From positions 32,488,001 through 32,552,000 of the forward strand of contig NC_043016.1 in the NCBI RefSeq assembly GCF_006345805.1: a stretch of DNA of 64,000 nucleotides, in the 5' to 3' direction. A program made the translations under genes and the position numbers. Below, piece by piece: positions 14,337 through 26,649 of the stretch. The notes below the pieces were generated by a model, which was not told the DNA's origin, searched no databases, and saw only the letters and a program-made list of their open reading frames with translations. The first letter of the stretch is position 1. Each line of letters starts with the position of its first letter. This DNA comes from Octopus sinensis. Taxonomy: Eukaryota.

Positions 14337-15164
14337 TACACATGTACATGAACACATACACACTTAAACACACACATTCTTTCAGTTTCTGTTTGCCAAA
14401 TCTGCTCACAAGGCTTTGGTCAGCCTGAGGCTATAATAGAAGACACTTGCGCAAACTGTCACACAGTGGGACTGAACCTGGAACCATGTGGTTGGGAAGT
14501 AAGATTCATACCACACAGCCACACCTCCTATTAGTTCTTTTTCCTTTCTTTAAGTCTTTTGTACAAAACAATGGCAATGGAAGAGTTTCTTTTCGATGAT
14601 TTTCAGAATGTCTTTTCTAAAACAAACTCCTTCACTAATCAATATATATATATCATGTCAACTTATAATTCCTCACAGCTTCATACAGTAGATTCATAGA
14701 TCTGTATTGTGAATATCACTGATTTTGACTTCTGAATAAGCCATGCTTCAACATCTCTTCTCATTTCACCTATTCTGATGCAAACAGTATTGTTATCCAG
14801 TGCCCTGTCATCAAAACCTTCGTCATCTCTCTCAAGAACTGCAATGAAGAAAGTTGATGTTGCTGGTTTAATCAAATCCTTATCTTTGATATAAGGATAC
14901 CATAATGGTTTTTGCTGTAATTTATTTACTGTTTTACTCTTTTATTTGTCTTACTCATTTGATTACGGTCATGCTGGAGTACCACCTGTAGTCAAACAAA
15001 TCGACCCCAGGACGTATTCTTTGTAAGCCTAGTACTTATTCTATCAGTCTCTTTTGCAGAACCGCTTAGTTACAGGGACATAAACATACCAGCATCGGCT
15101 GTCAAGCAATGGTAGGGAGACTAACACAGACACACATGCAAATATAATACATATATATATATAT

Positions 15165-16384
15165 TGTTACGGTTGGCTAAGTGCATTTATGGTGACCCAC
15201 ATTGGAATTATGGTTCCGGCATGTCTGGGCGAAATGTGACAGTCTTTTGTCTAATGGAGGACTAATGGGTTTTGGAATGACCTGTGACCTCGTGTGGTTG
15301 ATAAGAGGGTCAGTGAGAAGTGAAAGAAGAGGAAGACAGATTAAGGGCTGAGAGCAAATAGAGATAGGGTATAAGCAGTAGGGGACGGATGGAGAGGCTA
15401 AGAGACAGCAGGCGATATAGATAGAGTAAGGAATCAGATAGCAAATAGAAAGGCTAAGAGACAGCAGGTGATATAGATAGGGTATAGGGACCAGGGCAGT
15501 TAGAAAGGGTAAGAGCGATATAGACAGAGGGAGATGAGGGGAGTGGAAGAAGGACAGAGACGAAGTGAGGTCTGGTAGTTGGTAGCTGGTCGTCAAGAAG
15601 GGAGTCGTTGAGCGGTCGTCGAAGAACACGGACGGATCTGGCAGTCGCTGGCCGGTCCTCGATGAAGACAGACGGACTCTGGAATTCTTAGGAGCGAGCT
15701 GGGATGCGAGGAGGCCTAGGAGCAAGCGATTGGAATATGCACAGAGGGGAATTAGCAGAGTATTCAGAGGATTTGGCAGTATTCAGAGATGAGTGCAGAA
15801 TGGGACACTGGCGATTCAGTTAGGAATTAAGGTATGTGTTTGTGCATTGATATGTGTCACGGTGTATACGGACCGACAGAAAAGAACAGTCAAGGACTCT
15901 GTCGATGTGGTCGATAAAGGACATTGTGAATTGAGTAAAGGACTTGTTGAATTGTAACGTGAATTGTTGTGATACGAACATTGTATAATGTATCGAAGTG
16001 TTCTGATTGGACTGTGACGTATCGTGAACATTATTTGATCTGGACTTGTTGTGTCGTTACTGAACACTGTTATATTGTTACATGCATGTTGTTAAATGCT
16101 TTGATCTGTGGTATACCGTATGATGTATTGATTTGTTGTTTGCCTTAAATGTATTTGATGTGTAGCAATTGTAATTGTCGTATAAACTGTTGTTTGAATA
16201 TAAGCCAGTGTTGCCAGTTGTTGCCTTTCCTCTTTGGGTTGTATCTCGGGTTGTGCCTCTGTATCTCTGTGCTGTTGAGGTTGTGGCAGTATCCATCTGT
16301 GTCTCCTCTCTCCGCCTCTTTGGGTTCCGTGGCAGAACTTGTGTGAGCCGTTCGGGACGGGCGACGACGGGTGATTCCGTAACA
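15165..16384. mobile_element. Solo LTR, 1220 bp
   Basis: Perfect 8-bp terminal inverted repeat TGTTACGG...CCGTAACA, 4-bp ATAT duplication on both sides, CpG-rich compared with flanks. Confidence 0.85.
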
Positions 16385-16456
16385 ATATATATATAATGGA
16401 CATTATTTACATTATTTACATTTGATGGATATTTGTCCTCATCTTGTTTGTTGTTA

Positions 16457-16504
16457 ACACAACATTTTGGCTTATATATGCCCTCCAGCCTTCATCAGGT
16501 GTCT
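16457..16504 (-). ncRNA. Decayed minimal hammerhead (Penelope-type)
   Basis: GACAC-CTGATGA-A-GGCT...AGCC-AAAA-TGT-T-GTGTT. Two CpG-type transitions from GAAACGT destroy G12 and the ACGT palindrome. Confidence 0.55.
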
Positions 16505-16551
16505 TGGGGAAATTTCGAACTTGGTATTTTTCGATGTTGTTATTATTATTA

Positions 16552-16601
<50 letters not shown>

Positions 16602-16624
16602 CATTATTATTATTATTATTATTA

Positions 16625-17806
16625 TCTGTATATATATATAAAAGGCAAGATATGTGTGCATGTGTGTACGTGAATGTAATTTATGCACATCCACAAATTA
16701 GCATGCACGTCGCTCCAATTTTAGGAGGATATTCATCACGACCCTAGCTGTATTTTCATCAAATTATTTTCCCCCAAGGCACCAGAAAAGAGTGGTAAAA
16801 AATAAATTTTCAACCATAACTTAACAATTTTCATAGCGGAGAAATCAACCATTGTTTACAAACATGAGTTAAGTCTCCTTCTAGCGATGGTGTAAAGACA
16901 GGGAGGGAGTGGGAGAGAGACAGAGAGATACAGATTTTTAAAATTTCGTTTTTTTACTGTGTGATTGACAGGCAAAAACAGACTGACAGGTGTTGTTATG
17001 TATGTATGTATGTATGTGTGAATGGCTTCAGTCACACACACACACGAGCATGTATGCATACAAAACATATGTATGCAATGTGTGTGTGTATGTGTTGCCC
17101 GTCTATATATATATATATACACAATATAAACGATATTCTCCATTTCTCCACAACTAATTTCCAAATTAGCTGAATCCTTTGCTCTACTCATAGCGATATA
17201 TAGCTGGTCGTGCGTGAACATGAGAGAAAGAGAGCAGAGGTTACCAGAGCAAAAGACTGTAGACATGCTCCTTTGCAAACAATCAGCTATTATTTTGTAA
17301 ACAATGTTTTGAAACTGTTCATGTTTTTGAAAGGAGAGATCTGACTCTCACATCTCTGTGGGAGAAGGTAGGCCTCTATTCCACTTACAAAACTTACGTC
17401 TGGGTGTTTACAAATTTGCATTTTGTAAACAATGTTTCAAAACTGTCCATGTTTTCGAAAGGAGAGATCTGACTCTTTTCAACCATAATGTCTACCAATT
17501 TTTATGTATTTTGTTCAAACTTGATGCCAGCATTACTTCGGACTCATGGGATCTTTGAATGTTTTAAGTTCTCCAAAAACGAAAAAAAAAAAAGAAAACA
17601 AGTGATGAGTGGAAAAAATTGATAAACCGATTCCTTATGGGATTTCGCAATCAAATTGTCTGCAAAATTTCAGCCAAAAGTTTACCAATTTCAATGGATT
17701 TCACTCAAATTTGACATCAATGTTACTTATTTGCTTTGAAACAAAGAGCTTGATTAGCTTAATAATCCTAACTTAATCCCAAGCAAAACCAGGCTATACT
17801 GCTAGT
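16625..17806 (-). mobile_element. Non-autonomous Helentron/HINE-like element with a PIF1 helicase C-terminal remnant
   Basis: 5' ACTAGCAGTATAGCCTGG, 3' TTTTATATATATATACAGAT, internal microsatellites, and FTHDQLYIAMSRAK..NIVY near 17120-17225. Both ends resemble those of 34426-35510. Confidence 0.65.
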
Positions 17807-18303
17807 TATTATTAATATAGAACTGTATCATATGTACAATGGGTTTCTTTCAGTTTCCGTCTACCAAATCCACTCACAAGGCTTTGGTCAGCCTAAGGCT
17901 ATAGAGAAGACACTTGCCCAAGATGCTATGCAGTGAGACAGAACCCGGAACTATGTGGTTGGGAAGCAAGCTTCTTACCACAGAGCCACATCTTTCTCTT
18001 ATCTTTTATTTGTCTCAGTCATTGGACTGTGGCCATGCTGGGGCATTGCCTTGAAAGGTCTTTGTAGTTGAACAAATCAACCCCAGTACTTGTAATTATT
18101 TTTTGTAAGCCTGGTACTTACTTTATCACTCCTCTTTTGCTGAACCACTAAGTTATGAAGGGAAGAGGACATAAAAAATCCAGCACCAGTTGTCAAGCCA
18201 AAGAGGGGGACAAATACAATTACAAAAACACTCACACACATATATACATATATGTATATATAACAAATGAAAGACAGAAGATGGAAAATATGAGAATATA
18301 TTA

Positions 18304-18413
18304 TTTATCACAACAATTGTTTCGACACATCTAGCACTGACTCCTGTTGTGGGACACACAAAAACTGGTTCAGGAGTATCCAATGGTGCAGACATATCTC
18401 GTCAGGTGATAAA
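18304..18413 (-). ncRNA. Minimal type-I hammerhead ribozyme, intact core
   Basis: TTTATCAC-CTGACGA-[GATATGTCTGCAC...GTGCTAGATGTGTC]-GAAA-CAATTG-T-T-GTGATAAA. Helix I is 8 bp and perfect, helix II starts G-C, helix III is the palindrome ACAATTGT, triplet GUU. Confidence 0.85.
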
Positions 18414-18689
18414 AAAAAAAAAATCCCGTGAAAATGACAGTTCCATAATGCAACTTTTCGTTTTGTAGAGAGAAAAACAGCTAGACGGAGAAAAATTCTT
18501 CATATATATAGAAGATTCAAAAATAAAATTGCAGAAGACAAAAAGAGAATCGAACACTTAATCCAGCGACACACATGTGTGTATGTGAGTGCATATGTAC
18601 ACTTGCATGTGTGCATCTGTGTGTGTATGTGAGCGTGCATGCATGCATGTATGTGTGTGAGTGTGTATATATATTCATATATCTATATA

Positions 18690-18748
<59 letters not shown>

Positions 18749-19038
18749 TACTATATATATATATATATATATATATAAATTACTATATATATATATATAT
18801 ATAAATTACTATATATATATATATATATATATAAATTACTATATATATATATATATATATAATTACTATATATATATATAAATTGATATATTACTTATGC
18901 AGTATTTATATCCGGGAATTTAGCGCGCCAGAACGAGGGCATTTGAATGTAACTGTGAATATAATCGGCCGTACTGTTCGCCTCTATCCAACCGCATGTT
19001 GATTTTGCCATGCAGTTCGACTAATTATATTTTGATGT

Positions 19039-19114
19039 ACTCTACTGACGATTCAAAAATACTTATATAAGTAAAATTACATAATTTATTAACGATGAAA
19101 CAATTGTATAGAGT
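19039..19114 (+). ncRNA. Minimal type-I hammerhead ribozyme, intact core, weak helix II
   Basis: ACTCTA-CTGACGA-TTC...GAT-GAAA-CAATTG-T-A-TAGAGT. Helix I is 6 bp and perfect, helix III palindrome ACAATTGT, triplet GUA. Helix II begins U.U followed by 2 bp. Confidence 0.72.
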
Positions 19115-19267
19115 TAATCTATTTTTTCGTTATCTTTCATTTGTCCTGCTCGCTTATGTTCTTGGTGCGTTGAATTATTTCTTGAGAACAATTCTCTGGT
19201 GGTGGATTCCCTTTGCAGATCTATATCTAGCATTAGAGCGTCCACATAGTGGATCCTCTCTCATAGT

Positions 19268-19302
<35 letters not shown>

Positions 19303-19475
19303 TCATATTTCAGTTTCTGTGTTCCACTTACAAATCTACTCACAAAGTTTTGGTCGGCCTGTGGCTATAGTAGTAGACACTTGCTCAAGGTGTCACACAG
19401 TAAGACTGAACCCAAGACCACATGCTTGGGAAGCAAACTTCTTACTACACATCCTTGCCTCCAAGTAATTGGTTT

Positions 19476-19514
<39 letters not shown>

Positions 19515-20547
19515 ACAGGTTTCCTTTCAGTTCCCTTGTGTCTACCCCAAGTCCACTTACAAATTTCGATCAACCTGAAAACACTTGCTGAAGGTGCTGC
19601 ACAGTGCAACTGAAAGCAAGACCATACAGTTGGAAAACAAGCTTTCTCTCTCAACCACACAGTCACACTTCAGTATGTACAACAACTGGTTGCATTTTGT
19701 GCAGAGAAAATAGTTTGTTCATTGGATTATTTTGAAACTTGCACTTTGGGTGATTTAGAATATTCTAGTTTTGAAGTTATCTGAATATTTTGTTTCATTT
19801 TCAGATTTGCCTTGAAACTGCCATGCTTCATTGATTCAGCAGCCATACAATGTTTAACCAAAGAATCAATGAAACAGAGAGTGAAACAGCTTGACTGTCA
19901 TGTACAGCAGAAATAGAAACCAAACTTGAATTAGTTCTTTCAACTGATTAGCTTTTCTTTGGTTTCTGCTGCTCATTTTAACCACAGATTTAATAACTGG
20001 AAGAAAGAAAAATACTTTGGAGAAAAAAAAAAAATTATAAAATATATTTTAACATCTTAAGGCATATGTGTGTGTGCATGTGTCTGTATATGTGTGCATA
20101 TGTGTTTGCATGTGTGTGCATGCATGTACGTGTGCATTTGTGTGTGTATGTGAGTGCATACGTACACTTGCATGTGTGTGTATGTGAGTGTGCTTGCATG
20201 TATGTCTGTGTGTGTATGTCTCTGTATGTGTGTGTGTGTGTGTGTGCATATCCTTTTGCATTGGATTACTTAGTGGTGAGAAATCTGAGGTTTTTTTTTT
20301 TTCCTTTTCTTTGTGTAACTGAAAGAAACTGAATGCCCAACATTCATAGAACGTGTTGCATTCTCTGTCATTTTCAAAACACTCAAAGCCTCTATCACTG
20401 ACAGATCAACACCAATGTCTCAGCAATTCCTCGAGTGTTACTCTTGTTGCCCAATTTCTTACGAATGCTACAGAAATCAAAATGTACAACACATTATACT
20501 TGCACTGTTATGAGATACACAGAATACAGCAAACAATATGAATATTA

Positions 20548-20824
20548 GGGTGGAGTGAAAATAAAAAAATTGTGGGAATTGAAAATGCCTGAGGGCTAAA
20601 ATATTGCTATATTTGATTACTAGAAAAATACTAAAATTTTGCTGAGATCAGGTCCCTTAAACTCTGAAGATGGGAAATTTGAAAAAAAATTTTCACAATA
20701 GCGGAGTTTGGGGGGTTTGAGGGAGTAAATGCCCTTGACTGATCTCAGCAAAAATTGAGCATTTTTCTACTTATAATATATAGCAGGATTTTAGGCCTCA
20801 GGCATTTTTAATTTCACTTCACCC
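20548..20824. mobile_element. MITE with imperfect terminal inverted repeats of about 100 bp (GGG...CCC ends, TTA flank; PIF/Harbinger-like)
   Basis: Left arm gggtggagtgaaa...aaaatgcctgagggctaaaat...tgctgagatcag matches the reverse complement of the right arm. Confidence 0.6.
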
Positions 20825-21791
20825 TCACAAGTAACTCTACACTTTACCTACAGGACCACAGTACAAATACTTACAAATGATGCATTTTTCTCATTAACTA
20901 ATGAACAAGTTCATTGCCAATATATATAATTTTTTTTTCCTTTTTTACTTGTTTCAGTCTTTAGACTGTGGCCATGCTGGGGCACCACCTTGAAGAATTT
21001 TTAATCAAATGAATCCATCTCAGTACGCTTTTTTAAAAAAAGGTTGGTACTTATTCTCTCAGTCTCTTTTGATGAACTGCTAAGTTATGTGAATGTAAAC
21101 ACACTGACACAAGTTATCAAGCAGTGTTAGAGGACATACACAAACACAAAGACATACACACATAGATATACATACATAATTACGAGGAATGCAGGGCTAG
21201 TCTTACTGTAACTCAGAAAAATCAAGGATTTGGTGGTAGTGGTGGTCATTGTCATCATTGCTGTCGTCATCGTGGTGGTTAATAATCATCATTATTATCA
21301 TTGGCTGTCCTAACAAGATACATCTATTGTTTATACCCACTTCAGCCTTGATCAAGCAAGCATATGATTAAAGCTAAACGATGATGATGATGATGATGAT
21401 AGTTGAAAAAGACATGTTCTTAACATGTCTGGACCTCCAGACATGTTCTTGACCCCCCAGACCAAAGATAAACTTTTTTTATTTCAAATTTTTATAAATT
21501 TTTACTGATATTTAATAAGATGAGATTCATCAAAACCGGTAATATTTTCTTCATGGAATTTTTTATAAAATTCCCTCTTAAATTGAAATGTCTTAGACTT
21601 ATTTCTGTGCTATTTCCACCTCCATCTTATATATATATATATATATATTAAAAGTAGGAAAGGCCAGTTTAAGGGATTACCATGGGTTTCCCATTCATAA
21701 AGGATAATCCCATACACCAGCCTTCCCCACTTTTAATATAGACTACTCTACATCTTAGAGTGTGCTTCTTCTCCAGATTGTTTTCTACAAA

Positions 21792-21875
<84 letters not shown>

Positions 21876-21965
21876 GTAGGGAATATAATTCCAAACTTAC
21901 AGGAAAAATTCAATTTAGCAATTCTAAATCAAATTTCACAATATATAATATATGTATATAATATA

Positions 21966-22216
21966 TAGAAAAACCACCATTAAATAATTCAATAAAGAAA
22001 GATGTTATTCACACCATATAGAAAACATATACTATAAAAAGCTTATTTTAAAAATCAGTAAAGTACAAAAATAATAAATAGTAAATAGTAGTAAAATTAC
22101 TATTATTGTTTTTGTACTTTATTGATTTTTAAAATAAGCTTTTTATAGTATATGTTTTCTATATGGTGTGAATAACATCTTTCTTTATTGAATTGTTTAA
22201 TAGAGGTTTTCCTCTA
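21966..22216. repeat. Fold-back inverted repeat with arms of about 120 bp
   Basis: 71 bp from 21987 are the exact reverse complement of 71 bp from 22123. Confidence 0.9.
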
Positions 22217-22780
22217 AATTATATATATACATATACATTCGACAGGCTTCTTTCAGTTATTTCCAAAATCCACTCACAAGGCTTTGGACAGCCCGAGGCT
22301 ATAGTGGAAGACATTTGATCCAGGTGTCATGCAGTGAGACTTAACCTGGAACCATGCAATTGTGGAGCAAGCTTCTTACCACACTACACAAGTTACAAAA
22401 GAATGCAAAAGCAGATAAGTTCTAAAGTCCATCTTACAACAAGCAGTGCTGAGATTTCATTGAGCAAAAAATACAAAAAGACAAATCAATCCCCAGTTTA
22501 TCTCTCACAGGGCAAAGTCTTGGAGAGCTTGGCAAAAATATGTGACACGTAATTACGAAGAATGCAGGGCTAGTCTTACTGTAACTCAGAAAAATCAAGG
22601 ATTTGGTGATAGTGGTGGTCTTGGTTGTCGTTGTCATTGTCATCATTGCCGTCATCGCGGTGGTGATAATCATCATTATTATCATTGGCTGTCCTAACAA
22701 GATACATCTATTGTTTATCCCCACTTCAGACTTGATCAAGCAACCATATAATTAAAGGTATTCCAGCAGTGACCATCCTG

Positions 22781-22832
<52 letters not shown>

Positions 22833-23389
22833 GAGTGAGCGAGCAGAGCATGCCATCAAAGTGACACTGGGGTAAAATATACGAAGCCCAGTATACCCAT
22901 CATGACTACCCGTCTGATAAGGGTACACCAAGGAACATGCATCACAACCATATGTGCGTGACATGGTGATATCATATCAAGATAAACAGCACATGACCTT
23001 GCAGGTGGGGCCCAGTTAGAATTTTCTTCAGGTCGAGTAGCCCATCCCGCTCAAACGGTCCCTGAATAAGGGTTGTTTAAGGATGTTGAAAGAACCACCC
23101 ATGTTTCCAGAGGTGAACTATTCAAACCCCAAAGAATCCCTCTCAACACATGGCTATGATGCTCCCCCACTACTTCTGCTCGTGATCAGAGATGCACATA
23201 TCATCAGCCACTAAGGGAAATGCTCAACTGGTTACGGTCAAACAACTGACAAGCAAATCTGTGGTATTGAGCAGAATATTTGCTGTAGCCCATCTTTTAT
23301 ACCAAGACAAAACAATGTACATGATAACACTTCCAATCAGTTAAGATCAGAAGCCATGAGAGCCACTGCCTGGTACTGCATCAGGGTAT

Positions 23390-23420
<31 letters not shown>

Positions 23421-23447
23421 TATTATTATTATTATTATTATTACTAA

Positions 23448-23496
<49 letters not shown>

Positions 23497-23497
<1 letters not shown>

Positions 23498-23783
23498 TAT
23501 GTTTGACTTTTGCTTTACATTTGTAGAAGTGACTCCAAGTCTCTCCCAGAGACCTCAAGAGACAACAAGTACATGACAACAATGTACAAGATAACACTTC
23601 CAATCAGTTAAGATCAGAAGCCATGAGAGCCACTGCCTGGTACTGCATCAGGGCATTATTATTACTATTATTATTATTATTATTATTATATTATTATTAT
23701 ATTATTATTATTATTATTATTATCTAACATAATTTAATCCTTCACATTATAATTATTACTACTTCTGTTGTTATTGTGGTTAC

Positions 23784-23814
<31 letters not shown>

Positions 23815-24430
23815 GATTGAGAGAGCAGTGCATGCCATCAAAGTGACACTGGGGTAAAATATACGAAGCCCAGTATACCCATCATGACTACCCGTCTGAT
23901 AAGGTACACCAGGCACATGCATCACAACCATATGTGCGCGACATGGTGATCTCATATCAAGATAAACAGCACATGACCTTGCAGGTGGGGCCCAGTTGAG
24001 TAGCCCATCCCGCTCAAAATGTCCCTGAATAAGGGTTGTTTAAGGATGTTGAAAGAACCACCCATGTTTCCAGAGGTGAATTATTCAAACCCCAAAGAAT
24101 CCCTCTCAACACATGGCTATGATGCTCCCCCACTACTTCTGCTCGGTATTACTATTATTATTACTACAATTATTATTATTATATTATTATTATTATTATT
24201 ACTATTATTATTATTACTACTACTATTATATTATTATATTATTATTATTATTATTATTATTCTATGTTTGACTTTTGCTTTACATTTGTAGAAGTGACTC
24301 CAAGTCTCTCCCAGAGACCTCAAGAGACAACAAGTACATGACAACAATGTACAAGATAACACTTCCAATCAGTTAAGATCAGAAGCCATGAGAGCCACTG
24401 CCTGGTACTGCATCAGGGCATTATTATTAC

Positions 24431-24493
<63 letters not shown>

Positions 24494-24553
24494 CTAACAT
24501 AATTTAATCCTTCACATTATAATTATTACTACTTCTGTTGTTATTGTGGTTAC

Positions 24554-24584
<31 letters not shown>

Positions 24585-24939
24585 GAGTGAGAGAGCAGTG
24601 CATGCCATCAAAGTGACACTGGGGTAAAATATACGAAGCCCAGTATACCCATCATGACTACCCGTCTGATAAGGGTACACCAGGCACATGCATCACAACC
24701 ATATGTGCGCGACATGGTGATCTCATATCAAGATAAACAGCACATGACCTTGCAGGTGGGGCCCAGTGAGTAGCCCATCCCGCTCAAAATGTCCCTGAAT
24801 AAGGGTTGTTTAAGGATGTTGAAAGAACCACCCATGTTTCCAGAGGTGAATTATTCAAACCCCAAAGAATCCCTCTCAACACATGGCTATGATGCTCCCC
24901 CACTACTTCTGCTCGTGTATTACTATTATTATTACTACA

Positions 24940-24977
<38 letters not shown>

Positions 24978-24995
24978 TATTATTATTACTACTAC

Positions 24996-25000
<5 letters not shown>
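23497..25000. repeat. Tandem duplication of about 765 bp (units start 23497 and 24262)
   Basis: The non-microsatellite parts are nearly identical and share the same deletions. Confidence 0.85.
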
Positions 25001-25058
<58 letters not shown>

Positions 25059-25115
25059 TACTATTATTATTATTATTATTATTGTTATTATTTTTATTAT
25101 TAGTATTACTACTAC

Positions 25116-25161
<46 letters not shown>

Positions 25162-25164
25162 GTT

Positions 25165-25682
25165 ATCTTTTTTTCTTCTTTCAAATTTGCTTCCATTACT
25201 TGCCGAGTGTCTTCCCGACTCCTAGGGCAAAGAAACTCATAGTATACATTGGTAGGCCATTAAACTAAACTCACTAGTTCGTTCATTTTTTTTTTTTAAG
25301 TTAAATTAGAATACATGGGTAGTAATAGTTCTCATGTCGACAATGCTCTTCTCAATACGTGTGATGTACCAGTTAAGACAATCTTTTGCACTTCTTGCAG
25401 GGATGGTAAGCCAGGGATCATTCTCATATAATTTTCGGTTCCCTTCTTGATCATTCCTAGTGCTCCTACGATTACTGGTATTGTAACCGCCTTGAGATGC
25501 CACATTTTCTCAATTTCAATGAGCAGGTCTTTATATTTTCTTCAATTTCAATGAGCAGGTCTTTATATTTTCTTCAATTTCAATGAGCAGGTCTTTATAT
25601 TCAATTTCAATGAGCAGGTCTTTATATTCAATTTCAATGAGCAGGTCTTTATATTCAATTTCAATGAGCAGGTCTTTATATT
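25165..25682 (-). mobile_element. R4/Dong-type RLE-LINE 3' fragment between (ATT)n tracts, with a six-fold repeated 5' junction
   Basis: Minus strand encodes KYKDLLIEIEKMWHLKAVTIPVIVGALGMIKKG..VQKIVLTGTSHVLRRALS. Confidence 0.85.
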
Positions 25683-25709
25683 TATTATTATTATTATTAT
25701 TATTATCAC

Positions 25710-25769
<60 letters not shown>

Positions 25770-26598
25770 GATTATTATTAGTGGGGAAAGAATAACTACA
25801 TTATAGAGCAGGTATTTCTTCAAGAAAATAAAGTATGATTTGAAAAGAGAATTTGGCTGCACTTTTTAATAAGTTGAGCAGTAAACAACAGGTTTTATAT
25901 TTAGCTTTAATCGTAACAAGGTTTCTCTAATAATTGTTAATTAAAGTTATTTTTTAATAAGTTCCTATTTATAAGGATATTTTAGTATTATTTACTGAGT
26001 CACTTGTGTAAGTTTAACATTAAAACATGTAAGGACAACGAATATTTAATACATATGTAGTCTTTTAATTATTAACTTTGGATTATGAAATAGTGTAAAT
26101 CACTCAGAATTAGTTATATTATTAGTTAAGTTCAATCAAGCTTGTTTTGTTTTGGAGTGAATAGAATATAAAAGCTTTCACTTTTATACTAATAACTATG
26201 GAAGACTGGCGGGAATATTATCTGCATGGACGTCAAGGGCTAATTTGGTATTTAGTTAGATAATTTAGAAGTTAGCCATAGGTTTACTTATTGAATTTAT
26301 TTACCAATACCGTTTTTATACATAGGGTAAATGTGTTTCTGTGTTGTAGTTTAATTACTAATGTTAGTGTTTAATACTTCCTAGAATTAAGATTGAATGA
26401 ATGTGGTGATATCTAAGGTATGTTTGTTCCCAAACAACACTTATTTAGTGCTGTTGACACTGCCAGATTGAATGGTACTGTTCGGGTGTCAAAACCATAG
26501 TGATATCTATGGGGCAGCTGATGATGGAGGTATGTTGGATTGTTGGTATGGGTGTTATTGTATGTGTGGAATAGTTTTATAACACATCCATTTGATAG

Positions 26599-26649
<51 letters not shown>

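Noticed and set aside
18153-18395. 80-aa ORF considered as a missing exon
   Set aside because: No EGF pattern; the unique part is explained by the hammerhead structure and the rest is SINE.
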